Of a DNA stretch of 64,000 nt, positions 17,640 to 26,318 are shown piece after piece; the first letter of the stretch is position 1, and the number at the start of each line of letters is the position of its first letter. Source of the DNA: Candidatus Doudnabacteria bacterium RIFCSPHIGHO2_02_FULL_42_25 (GTDB taxonomy: Bacteria > Patescibacteriota > Doudnabacteria > UBA920 > O2-02-FULL-48-8); assembly GCA_001777665.1 (NCBI GenBank), contig MFEQ01000004.1, positions 129,331 to 193,330 of the forward strand, written 5' to 3'. Both the position numbers and the translations under genes were made by a program. The notes beneath the pieces are model-generated. The model made no database searches, was not told the DNA's origin, and saw nothing but the letters and a program-made list of their open reading frames with translations.

Positions 17640-18950
17640 CTACAGTTGCTCGAGGAACCGCTTCAGGTCGGCGACGGCTTCGAATTCTTCCCGATTGAGT
17701 TCGCCTTGTTGACCAGAGACTAACAATGTCCCTGAAGAAACATAGGCTTTGAATAAAGGACTCATTTCGAAAGAAACTATCGCATAAGATTTTCTTGATG
17801 AATTAGCTTTCACCAATCCATAGACTTTGCTTTTTATCGATTCGGCTTGTGCGGCTACGGGACCCTGTCGTAAATCTCTGGGTTCAAGAATTCTTAAATC
17901 TTCCAAAACTTTGATATCCGTCAGGGGTTTAGCTTTACTAGCCAACATCGTATCAGGCGCTGCAGCACCAGCTGTTTTAAAATTCAAAGACTTCACAGCT
18001 TGAACAGCTTGTGCCGGTTGTGGCGGAGGAATAGTAATTTTAGGGATATCTATCATAGCCGGTTTCGGGGTAACTTGCTCTTCCGGCATCACCCATTTCG
18101 GTACAGTTAAGCTGGATGGCAATGTTGTAGGTTTCGGTTTTGGTGGAACCGGTTTTGGTGCACTATTCGGAACCGTAACATAAGCTCTAGGTGCCACTGG
18201 ATTAAATTGTGCGGGAGTTATGTTTGGCTTAGTCACAGATTCAACATTCAATCTTTCGCTTGGGGGTACTATATTTGCTAATGACTCTTTTCTGAGTGAT
18301 GTCCGATACCTTAACCACTCATAAAATTCCAAAATCTTTTTAAGTAATTCCTTGTTGCCAGCGTCTAATAAGAGATAATTTTTACTTTGGTTGGTGTAAT
18401 ATGCTATAGCATAAGTACCCTCTAAACTTTTACTGTTATTGTCGACAATGGTTCGAAAATCCACTAACCAATTTTGAATTATGGACATTTTTTTCTCGTT
18501 CCCTAATTCCAAAGATTCGTTTCCAATTAATTCATTATTTTTTTCAAAAGCTTCTTTTGCTTGTCTTTTTTCATTTCCATCCGAAAATGAAAAACTCGGT
18601 TCAAAAAATTCTTGTGGGTTTACATTGTATTTTATTAAAATTAAGAATGAATTAGAAAAATAATCAAGTTGCTTGGAAATATCTAAAAAACGAACTTGAC
18701 TCATTTCTAAAAGCTTCAATAAATCTTCATAAATATTGAATGCCTGCTTTGGAAACGAAGAATTCTGCAATTTTTCCTTGAGAATACCATACATCTCCTT
18801 ACAATCATCGAAACTTTGAGTATTGATAAACTCTAAGACCATCCCCTTGATTTGATCGATAGTATCTTGATTAGCAAAGGAATCGAATCCTAAAGATTTA
18901 ATATCGGAAGGATAAATAATATTTTTTGGATTTATAAGCTGATCTGACAT
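17640..18950 (-). CDS. hypothetical protein with Pro-rich linker (T4SS-like cluster)
   Basis: 436-aa ORF, co-oriented, 4-bp gap to upstream gene. Confidence 0.75.
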   Translation of the reverse strand: MSDQLINPKNIIYPSDIKSLGFDSFANQDTIDQIKGMVLEFINTQSFDDCKEMYGILKEKLQNSSFPKQAFNIYEDLLKLLEMSQVRFLDISKQLDYFSNSFLILIKYNVNPQEFFEPSFSFSDGNEKRQAKEAFEKNNELIGNESLELGNEKKMSIIQNWLVDFRTIVDNNSKSLEGTYAIAYYTNQSKNYLLLDAGNKELLKKILEFYEWLRYRTSLRKESLANIVPPSERLNVESVTKPNITPAQFNPVAPRAYVTVPNSAPKPVPPKPKPTTLPSSLTVPKWVMPEEQVTPKPAMIDIPKITIPPPQPAQAVQAVKSLNFKTAGAAAPDTMLASKAKPLTDIKVLEDLRILEPRDLRQGPVAAQAESIKSKVYGLVKANSSRKSYAIVSFEMSPLFKAYVSSGTLLVSGQQGELNREEFEAVADLKRFLEQL

Positions 18951-18954
18951 GGGA

Positions 18955-21807
18955 TTAAATTGTACTGCTTCCAGGACCTGGAATTACTGGAGGAACGACA
19001 GGATTACGTGGCGGAGCTACCTTCTGATATTTATTAATCAATTCCTCAAGTTTACCTATGTTTTCAGATAAATTAAGCTCCTTAGCTCTCTTTACTGCTT
19101 CTTTGAAAACTTTGACCTTAGTTGCATCATCACGATCTCTAAGGAAGACATCCATAACTATAGGATTTGCGGCAGCCGAAGATGCTGCGCGTCTTAGAGT
19201 ATATATATCTGCAGCTACTTCTTCTCCTTTAGCTCCAAATGGAATAACACCACGGCTTTGAAGTTCATGCTGCCGATTTTTTAGTTGTCCAGCATGAGGT
19301 AAGCCAAAAATTTGGTTAATAATTACTCCTTGATCGTGTATGTCACCATAACTCTCGCCTTCGAACCCAGCAATTTTTGCAGAGCTGGAATCACTATATT
19401 GTACGTCAATATCAGCTGCTCGCATTGCATTGAGAAATCGATTAGCAGGTGTACGGTTCATTCTAGATGTAAACTGCCCTACGACTCCATTAAAGTAATT
19501 TAGTTTCTTTTGTTCCTCAGGTAAAAGTGGTCTTATTTTTGCCTGTGCTTCTAATTCAGCAGCTTCCTTTCTAACTTCAGCAAAGCCATAATTAACCAAA
19601 CCTATTACTCTCCTCTTGCCTTCCGAATCTGTCGTTTCCACCTCAATTTTATCTGCAAGATGATATGGTTTAATCTGCTTCTCTGCATATTCCTGAATCA
19701 TTGAAGCATATCCAAGTTTGTCTTTTTCAGGAAGATCGCCAAGGTACATGCCATAAAAAACTTTTTGGAAATTAGTTGGAGTAATTTCCCCCGTCTTTAA
19801 AATATCTTCTAATCGTTCAGTTTTTCCTGTTAGCGGATTTGTAAATTCCTTAGCTACGTTAAGATGTTCTAATTCACCAGTATCATATTTTTCCTTCAAT
19901 ATGCGCATAAAATCATCCTGCCTATTAAGAGCAGCTATGGCCATACCCCATCCTTGCTTGTCTATTGGGTCTTTAGCATGTAAAGATTCCTCGACCATTT
20001 CTCGTTCCGACATATTAAGGTCCATTTTCTCCTTTGCTCTATGTAATACTTCCGATTGATGTGCTTCCAGTCCAAAGCTAGTTTTTTCACGCTGCCAAGG
20101 AAGCACGCGATAAAGAGTATCCGCAGCTTGACCGCTCGAAACACCAAAGGCACGTCGTTCTTCTTCTTCTTGATATTTTTCATAACCTCTGGCCCACTTG
20201 CCGACACTCAAGTTTGACAGAGCCTTTCTAAATCTATTCTGGCTTTTAGAACCGTTTGCCAACCATCTATCTGTTGCACCCAGACCCATTTTCCCAAAAA
20301 ACTTTCCCGTCTTCATTCCAGCGTTAATCATCATATCAGCCCCAACCATTCCGGCCTTTTTCGCTACAAAAAATGCGGCTAGCATCATGCCCATCAAAAA
20401 GATATATTTAAAGGCCGAGTCGTCTGGTCCACCCATTAATCCTTTATTATCAACTATGGCTTTATCTAATCTGATGACAAACATAGCCACAGGAGCCCAA
20501 ATTAAATACTTAATGAAATACTGCCACCATTCTTTCGCATAATGTTCAGTCGCTGGGAGAATATTTAAAACATATGCCAGAGGTGAAAATATAACCAATA
20601 CATATAGTCCAATTAGTCTGACCACAAATAACCCGGCTAACATTAAAGAAACCACAAAAGTTACAATTGTAAAAGCAGTCATGCTCAATCCTTGGGTAAG
20701 GCCAGTCGTCCAACCATTTGGAGCAGTTCCTACATCTTGCCATATATAGCCATACACAAAGCTAAATGATTCTTTAAGAGTTCCGCCAAACACAAACATT
20801 GCTGTTATAAGATTAACAAAATTAATAATTGTTACAGCAATGACTTGGCTAAAGTTGACGAGCAATGCCGCTACCACCAGTTTCGCCAATAAATGCCCGT
20901 ATTCATTATATTCTTTTATTCTTAAAATTGTTCCTAGTGCAATTACAATCAAGATTAGAATAAAAAACATGTTAGCTATATCGCGAACTATTGTCCAGCC
21001 GACTTGGACGAAAAGTGGCATACCATTACTTGTGGCATACACTGTCTGATCAACAGCATATGCCATGATCATTAAGGCAAAAGCAGTAAGCCAAGCTAAG
21101 GCACTATTGATTACATCAAAAATAGCCTTTAAAGCCCATCCAACTGCTTTACTAATCCCGCCGGCTTGTTCACGATCCTTCTGGGCAGCTTTTTGTTCTT
21201 CAATCTGATTCTTATATACCTCTTGAACAGAGGATAAATTTTGCAAATTTCCACCTTGAGTCTTGTTGATTCGAATACTATCAACAGCAGGATCCGGAAC
21301 AACCACAATATTTCTTCCCATATTATCTGTCGTAGTACTAGTCCCGGTATATCTGCCCCATGTACATTCTAGATTTGCGTCACTAAAAATAGTATTGTAA
21401 CTCAACCGGGGTGTAGTTCCTGTAATTTGAACCAACTGTGCACCAATATTTTTACACTGATCTTTTAAGGCTTGAATTTGTAGAGTAACATTTTCCCCGT
21501 TGTATCTTCTCTGCACTAAATCTTTGCCTGTTTCCATCATCTTCTTGAGTTCGTCGCTGGAGATGTCTGTAGTAGTAGCAGTCGGAGTGGTTGTGGTCGG
21601 ATTGGTCGGAGTAGCAGGCGCACCGGCAGCCGGTGTCCATGTTCCACCAACTTCCTTGCAAGTCTCTTCAGGACTATTCACGTAAAAAGTCGGCAGTGTC
21701 ACACTGCATGTTCCGGAAGTTGTGGTTGTTTGAGCAGAAGCAAAATTAGTCCAGAGAACATTTACTAGGACTAAGAAGACTATTAACTTTAGGAGCTTTT
21801 TATTCAT
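18955..21807 (-). CDS. large polytopic membrane protein, VirB6/TrbL-like
   Basis: Signal peptide; GWTIVRDIANMFFILILIVIA..TIL; ALLVNFS; R..LYVLVIFSPLA..WW..F..P. Confidence 0.75.
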   Translation of the reverse strand: MNKKLLKLIVFLVLVNVLWTNFASAQTTTTSGTCSVTLPTFYVNSPEETCKEVGGTWTPAAGAPATPTNPTTTTPTATTTDISSDELKKMMETGKDLVQRRYNGENVTLQIQALKDQCKNIGAQLVQITGTTPRLSYNTIFSDANLECTWGRYTGTSTTTDNMGRNIVVVPDPAVDSIRINKTQGGNLQNLSSVQEVYKNQIEEQKAAQKDREQAGGISKAVGWALKAIFDVINSALAWLTAFALMIMAYAVDQTVYATSNGMPLFVQVGWTIVRDIANMFFILILIVIALGTILRIKEYNEYGHLLAKLVVAALLVNFSQVIAVTIINFVNLITAMFVFGGTLKESFSFVYGYIWQDVGTAPNGWTTGLTQGLSMTAFTIVTFVVSLMLAGLFVVRLIGLYVLVIFSPLAYVLNILPATEHYAKEWWQYFIKYLIWAPVAMFVIRLDKAIVDNKGLMGGPDDSAFKYIFLMGMMLAAFFVAKKAGMVGADMMINAGMKTGKFFGKMGLGATDRWLANGSKSQNRFRKALSNLSVGKWARGYEKYQEEEERRAFGVSSGQAADTLYRVLPWQREKTSFGLEAHQSEVLHRAKEKMDLNMSEREMVEESLHAKDPIDKQGWGMAIAALNRQDDFMRILKEKYDTGELEHLNVAKEFTNPLTGKTERLEDILKTGEITPTNFQKVFYGMYLGDLPEKDKLGYASMIQEYAEKQIKPYHLADKIEVETTDSEGKRRVIGLVNYGFAEVRKEAAELEAQAKIRPLLPEEQKKLNYFNGVVGQFTSRMNRTPANRFLNAMRAADIDVQYSDSSSAKIAGFEGESYGDIHDQGVIINQIFGLPHAGQLKNRQHELQSRGVIPFGAKGEEVAADIYTLRRAASSAAANPIVMDVFLRDRDDATKVKVFKEAVKRAKELNLSENIGKLEELINKYQKVAPPRNPVVPPVIPGPGSSTI

Positions 21808-23741
21808 TATGGTGATTGTGGAAATCTATACCCAAAATTCCATACATGATCTGGTCCAACCGTAAACGGATGGCTGCGATCCGTAGTTTCGATAGTACCT
21901 GGTGGCCAGGAACTAATATCAAGTGTTACGCGATAATCACCAGCAGCAAAATTTGTAAATGAATAATTACCTTGGGCATCACTAACAGCTGTTGTATACG
22001 ATATTCCGGCAGGTGTTTCTAGATATACTTTATTCCCCACTGTAGCAACATCACCCGCATCAAATACACCATTCAAGTTGTTATCTGAAAAGACCTTACC
22101 TGTTAATGACCAGGGGCCTGGCTGAAGCTGCGGACTTCCCCCGCCTCCTCCACCACCTGGTGGAACTGTTGGTACACCTGTAGGCACGGGCACATTTGAA
22201 GCAGCTTGCGCGTTAGGTTTATCACATTTCCCAATTACAGATTTAATCTCTTTAATATAATTAACGATGTCCATGGTAAGGCGAGTGATGTCGTCAATTC
22301 CATCGTATGGTCCATATTGGCCATCTAGCTCAAGATCCTTATCTTTAACCAAAGACATATTGATTGCAGCTAGATAGTCATCATGTCTTCCCAAAGCAAT
22401 CTCCATATTATCAAAGTAGGGGTTGTTAAAATCCTGAACGATTCCGAGCAAATTATCTAAAGATCCGTAAGCTTGTTGTACTCTTCTGGCCCAAGCTTGA
22501 GTATCAGCTTCGTTTATAAAATTATCTACAGTGACTTGGTCTCTGTGTGCTATTGCATAATCAACAAAGGCTTGCATGTCTTTCGCCGCTTTATCAATAG
22601 CCTGACAAAGGGGGGTAAAGTATGGCGAGGTCCCTACAGTAGAAGATGTATTACAACCACCCGGTTGTATAGGATTGCCGCCATGATAACAGACATCGCT
22701 TATTCCATTTAATAAACCGTCATTATTTCCATCACGTCCATCCGGAATACCGTCTAGATCTAAATCGATTTCAGAAAAATTAATATTTCCCGTGGAGGTG
22801 TTATACCCTATCTCACTATACTCATCTATAACTTCAGTACCGTCGGAATCGAGTTGCAGTCTTTTGAAAACAAAATTCCCTAATGCGTTACCGATAATGG
22901 TATAAGGATTGCTCATGTCTAAATTAACGTTAAACAATCCTTGGAGGGCATTATCTAGGTTGGATTTAATATAACCAGATGGGTCTTTAATAATGTTCAA
23001 AGCTTTATCCAGTCCAGCTGATCCAGTTGCTGTTATTGTTACAATCTCCCGACTGGATTTCAATCCTTGTCCTGCATCAATTTCTTGACTTGCTGCTGCT
23101 TGGGATTGAGACAAAGCTGCCCCAATCTGGCTGTCTAATTCTATCTCGGCAAATACTTCCGGATTAGAGAAGTAGGCTTGAGCAACTACAAAATATTCCC
23201 TATCTGACATTCCTTGAGGAGGATTATAAATCAATTGCGGATCTATTCCACCTCTTTTGATGTGATACTTTTTTTGGGCATCACTTATTTTTTTCAAAGC
23301 ATCTTTTTTTGCTTGAAGGTTTTGTTCGCGCGTATCACTATTGGCTTGCCCCGTAAAATCATATGAGTAAAGAGTAGAGGCTGCATTAAATGCTTCTCTT
23401 AAGTCTGGATCACCTATCTTGTTCGCAATGTATTGATTTAAATAATTACTTTCCAGAAGTCGTGCATAGTATAGATAATTTCTAATTTTATATTTATCGA
23501 GAACCTTATCGACAAATCTCGTAATAAACTCATTTGCATAATTGGAAGCTATTCTTAATACCGCGGCTTTCCCGATATCTTTGGCGATATCATATGGATT
23601 AGCAATTTCAGTTCCAAAGCTAAAAGTAATATCGCCAAATCCTAGAAATGCCTTAGCGGGTTCAGGTTTAACCAGAAAACCACTGGTTACACCTACCAGC
23701 AAAATAATTGCTATAGTTTTTTTAATGAAAAAACTTTTCAT
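21807..23741 (-). CDS. secreted protein with Ca-binding DxDxDG motifs and C-terminal SdrD B-like domain
   Basis: Signal peptide; DLDLDGIPDG; GKVFSDNNLNGVFDAGD..SDAQGNYSFTNFAAGDYRV. Confidence 0.7.
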   Translation of the reverse strand: MKSFFIKKTIAIILLVGVTSGFLVKPEPAKAFLGFGDITFSFGTEIANPYDIAKDIGKAAVLRIASNYANEFITRFVDKVLDKYKIRNYLYYARLLESNYLNQYIANKIGDPDLREAFNAASTLYSYDFTGQANSDTREQNLQAKKDALKKISDAQKKYHIKRGGIDPQLIYNPPQGMSDREYFVVAQAYFSNPEVFAEIELDSQIGAALSQSQAAASQEIDAGQGLKSSREIVTITATGSAGLDKALNIIKDPSGYIKSNLDNALQGLFNVNLDMSNPYTIIGNALGNFVFKRLQLDSDGTEVIDEYSEIGYNTSTGNINFSEIDLDLDGIPDGRDGNNDGLLNGISDVCYHGGNPIQPGGCNTSSTVGTSPYFTPLCQAIDKAAKDMQAFVDYAIAHRDQVTVDNFINEADTQAWARRVQQAYGSLDNLLGIVQDFNNPYFDNMEIALGRHDDYLAAINMSLVKDKDLELDGQYGPYDGIDDITRLTMDIVNYIKEIKSVIGKCDKPNAQAASNVPVPTGVPTVPPGGGGGGGSPQLQPGPWSLTGKVFSDNNLNGVFDAGDVATVGNKVYLETPAGISYTTAVSDAQGNYSFTNFAAGDYRVTLDISSWPPGTIETTDRSHPFTVGPDHVWNFGYRFPQSP

Positions 23742-24655
23742 TCTCCGAATTGTTTACTTAGTAATTGTTTTTCTAAACTCATTTTTTGCTGAACCGCCAA
23801 AAATGCCTGTGCTTTGTCATACCATTGATTAATGTTGTTTGGTGATGGAGTTCCAATCACATCTGCGAGTAGCTGATAAAAAGCGATATTATATTTATGA
23901 AAGTTAACCATCAGTTCTGGTACAGCAACCGTTTTAAGTTCAACTGAAAGTTTTTTCGCTTTTATTTGAATCATACTAACATCCGAGCCATACCCGTCCT
24001 GGAGTATCGCAGTAATTTCTGCGATTTCAGTTTGTGAAAAATATCGATTTGTTTTAGTTCGTAACTCTTCAAAATACTCCATGTAGACATCTTCCGACTG
24101 TATGTCATAGAGGATGGTCAATTCGTCATCAGCCACCAATGGGAGATTGACCTTACTTATATCAGAAGATTCGGCTACGAGTTTTTTTATATCTGAGTCG
24201 AAAACCAAGCTCTCGCCAATTATATTTTCATCTGACGCACTCTCTTCGAAACTCATTCGGCCCGGCTGGCTCGGATCGATTCCTGCTGCAACCAACTCGC
24301 CATCATTTAATTCATCACCTGCGGTTCGAAAGTTTAAAGGATCTGTCTTATAGTAATATTCTTGAGAATTATTTAACTTATCAGCATCAGGGTCGGCTTC
24401 AGGTCGACACTCGTCAAAATCACAAATGCTCTGACCAAAATATTTCTCATACCACCAGCCTGGAATTCCTGGGTCAGTTGTTGTTTGCGTTCCACTAATT
24501 TTTGAAGTTTTAAAAAATTTATCGTAAATCAACAGTCCTGAACCCAAAACAAAAACCATGACCAGAATGACCATGATTAAAGGACGAAGTTTACTTCTTA
24601 CTTTTGCTATCTTTCCAGGCACTTTGATTTGGTTTTTTTGTTTATTTCTGAACAT
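23738..24655 (-). CDS. membrane-anchored protein with thrombospondin type-3-like repeats
   Basis: TM anchor; GIPGWW, DPDADKLNNSQEY..TDP, DGELVAAGIDP. Start placed at ATG 24655 because the longer ORF-track start reads through a palindrome. Confidence 0.7.
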   Translation of the reverse strand: MFRNKQKNQIKVPGKIAKVRSKLRPLIMVILVMVFVLGSGLLIYDKFFKTSKISGTQTTTDPGIPGWWYEKYFGQSICDFDECRPEADPDADKLNNSQEYYYKTDPLNFRTAGDELNDGELVAAGIDPSQPGRMSFEESASDENIIGESLVFDSDIKKLVAESSDISKVNLPLVADDELTILYDIQSEDVYMEYFEELRTKTNRYFSQTEIAEITAILQDGYGSDVSMIQIKAKKLSVELKTVAVPELMVNFHKYNIAFYQLLADVIGTPSPNNINQWYDKAQAFLAVQQKMSLEKQLLSKQFGE

Positions 24656-24671
24656 TGTCGAAAGAAGGGGC

Positions 24672-24713
24672 CCTGCCCGCAACGCCAGCAAGCTGGCTTG
24701 CGTGGCGGGCGGG
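24672..24713. repeat. 42-bp palindromic element, intergenic copy
   Basis: 39/42 identical to the reverse complement of 27212-27253. Confidence 0.9.
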
Positions 24714-24815
24714 CTCTCCTACCCTATTTTGCTCTCTGTTTTATTGATTTTTTAGTTTTTGTGTCGAAACGTCAATTAAATCTATTTATATTATATCACA
24801 AAACAGGCCCTATGT

Positions 24816-24926
24816 CTAGGGCTTTCGGTTGCGGCGGGCAATAATACTAGGGATAGCCATAAGTATTATGGCTATAATCATAAACCCAATAGTCAAAGAG
24901 ACGATGATTATATCTGATCTAGTCAT
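24816..24926 (-). CDS. 36-aa single-TM microprotein (MTRSDIIIVSLTIGFMIIAIILMAIPSIIARRNRKP)
   Basis: Translated by hand; its ATG overlaps the upstream stop (ATGACTAG). Confidence 0.55.
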   Translation of the reverse strand: MTRSDIIIVSLTIGFMIIAIILMAIPSIIARRNRKP

Positions 24927-25029
24927 CTTTTTTATTCTTAGCCCGATCAATCATAGTGGGTAGTACAATTAAAACCATTACCACTAAGACGATTGCCCCG
25001 ATTAAATAAATAATAAACGGATTAGTCAT
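24919..25029 (-). CDS. 36-aa single-TM microprotein (MTNPFIIYLIGAIVLVVMVLIVLPTMIDRAKNKKDD)
   Basis: Translated by hand; its ATG overlaps the upstream stop (ATGACTAA). Confidence 0.55.
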   Translation of the reverse strand: MTNPFIIYLIGAIVLVVMVLIVLPTMIDRAKNKKDD

Positions 25030-25231
25030 ATTTTGTTCTTCTAGTTAATAGTATAAGACTAAATGTCCAAAAGATCAAAGCAATAAAAAGTCCCATTAAA
25101 GCAAACCAGGGTCTGAACTTATCAAAAATACCAGGCAAGACTACAGCAGCGAAAAAAATTAAACCTATATTAGCAGCAATGTCTGCAATCTTAGCAATTT
25201 GAATATCTGAGAATTTTACAGCAAGTTTCAC
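25022..25231 (-). CDS. small two-TM membrane protein
   Basis: 69 aa, two hydrophobic helices. Confidence 0.6.
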   Translation of the reverse strand: MKLAVKFSDIQIAKIADIAANIGLIFFAAVVLPGIFDKFRPWFALMGLFIALIFWTFSLILLTRRTKYD

Positions 25232-25439
25232 TTTTGTTTCATTAATTCTTTCTGACCTAATTTACTTAAACGTTTGATTCCGCAATCGAAACAGAATTCA
25301 TTAGGACTAAAACTGAATTCACTATAACCAAGCAAGACCATCTTCTCTTGATCCTGAATTTCTTTATTACAATTATCACATTTCCTCAATCTCATAGTGT
25401 AGTAATTTTAAACCTGGTAAAAATACTTGTCAAAAGGCT

Positions 25440-26318
25440 TTACGTAAGCGATTTCTCTCTTTGTTCGAAATGGTTATACAAACTGATCCATTGCTCAATG
25501 CTAAGATCTTGTGGTCGCAAGCTGGGATCAATTCCAGCTTTCTTTAACATTTCTAAATCCTTAATCGTATTTTTGAGTTGTTTTCGTTTAGATGCAAATC
25601 CGGTTTTCACAATTCTGAAAAATAATTTCTCATCTTTAATTTCCGGATTTTTATTTTTCGGAATAATTTTCAGTATTACTGAATCAACTTCTGGTGTCGG
25701 CCAGAATGATTGTTTGGGAACCAAAGCAACAATTTCTGCATCAGCGTGGACTTGCACAGAAATCGCTAAGATCGAAAGTTTCCCAGGGTTCGCAACGACG
25801 CGCTCCCCGACTTCTTTCTGAACCATCAAAACTAAAAATTCAGGTTTATTTTTTTGCTCGAGGAAATATTGAAACAACTTTGATGTTAGGTAGTAAGGAA
25901 TATTGGCAACAACTTTGTACGGACCGTTCAGTTCTTTTTCCAAATGGAATCGAAGAATGTCTTGGTTAAAAAGCGTAAGGACGTTATTCGTCTGCGCTGC
26001 GCGTATCGGTAACCGTCCGACGATACGCGTGGCGCTGCCATTTACCGTATTACGCATTTCATTTTCGAGGGTCCTAAAAAGTTTCTCATCCTTCTCAACA
26101 GCGATGACTTTGCCGGCGCGTTTCACTAACTCCTCCGTCAGAACTCCTAGGCCAGGGCCTACTTCCAAGACCGTATCGGTTTTTTTTATATCAGCTGCAT
26201 CAACTATTTTGTTCAGCGCATCTTCATCAATCAAAAAATTCTGACCCATGTAGTCTTTGGGTCTTAAATTTCTTGATTTCAAATAATTTTTTAAATCGAT
26301 TGGATCAAAAATCTTCAT
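25440..26318 (-). CDS. rsmA: 16S rRNA m6,2A dimethyltransferase RsmA/KsgA with in-frame palindromic insert
   Basis: GQNFLID, LEVGPGLGVLT, VANIPYYLTS, MVQKEV, P.PEVDS. Confidence 0.95.
   Translation of the reverse strand: MKIFDPIDLKNYLKSRNLRPKDYMGQNFLIDEDALNKIVDAADIKKTDTVLEVGPGLGVLTEELVKRAGKVIAVEKDEKLFRTLENEMRNTVNGSATRIVGRLPIRAAQTNNVLTLFNQDILRFHLEKELNGPYKVVANIPYYLTSKLFQYFLEQKNKPEFLVLMVQKEVGERVVANPGKLSILAISVQVHADAEIVALVPKQSFWPTPEVDSVILKIIPKNKNPEIKDEKLFFRIVKTGFASKRKQLKNTIKDLEMLKKAGIDPSLRPQDLSIEQWISLYNHFEQREKSLT
25972..26056. repeat. nested palindromic element inside rsmA
   Basis: CGCGTATCG...CGATACGCG core; homologous to intergenic 40217-40299. Confidence 0.85.

Noticed and set aside
17408-17698. 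96-aa ORF rich in IIP repeats (and similar 16452-16643, 16511-16759)
   Set aside because: By-products of the 9-nt repeat read in other frames; no independent coding evidence.
11129-24655. Integrative conjugative element or prophage
   Set aside because: No integrase, relaxase, att repeats or phage structural genes; composition matches the flanking core genes.
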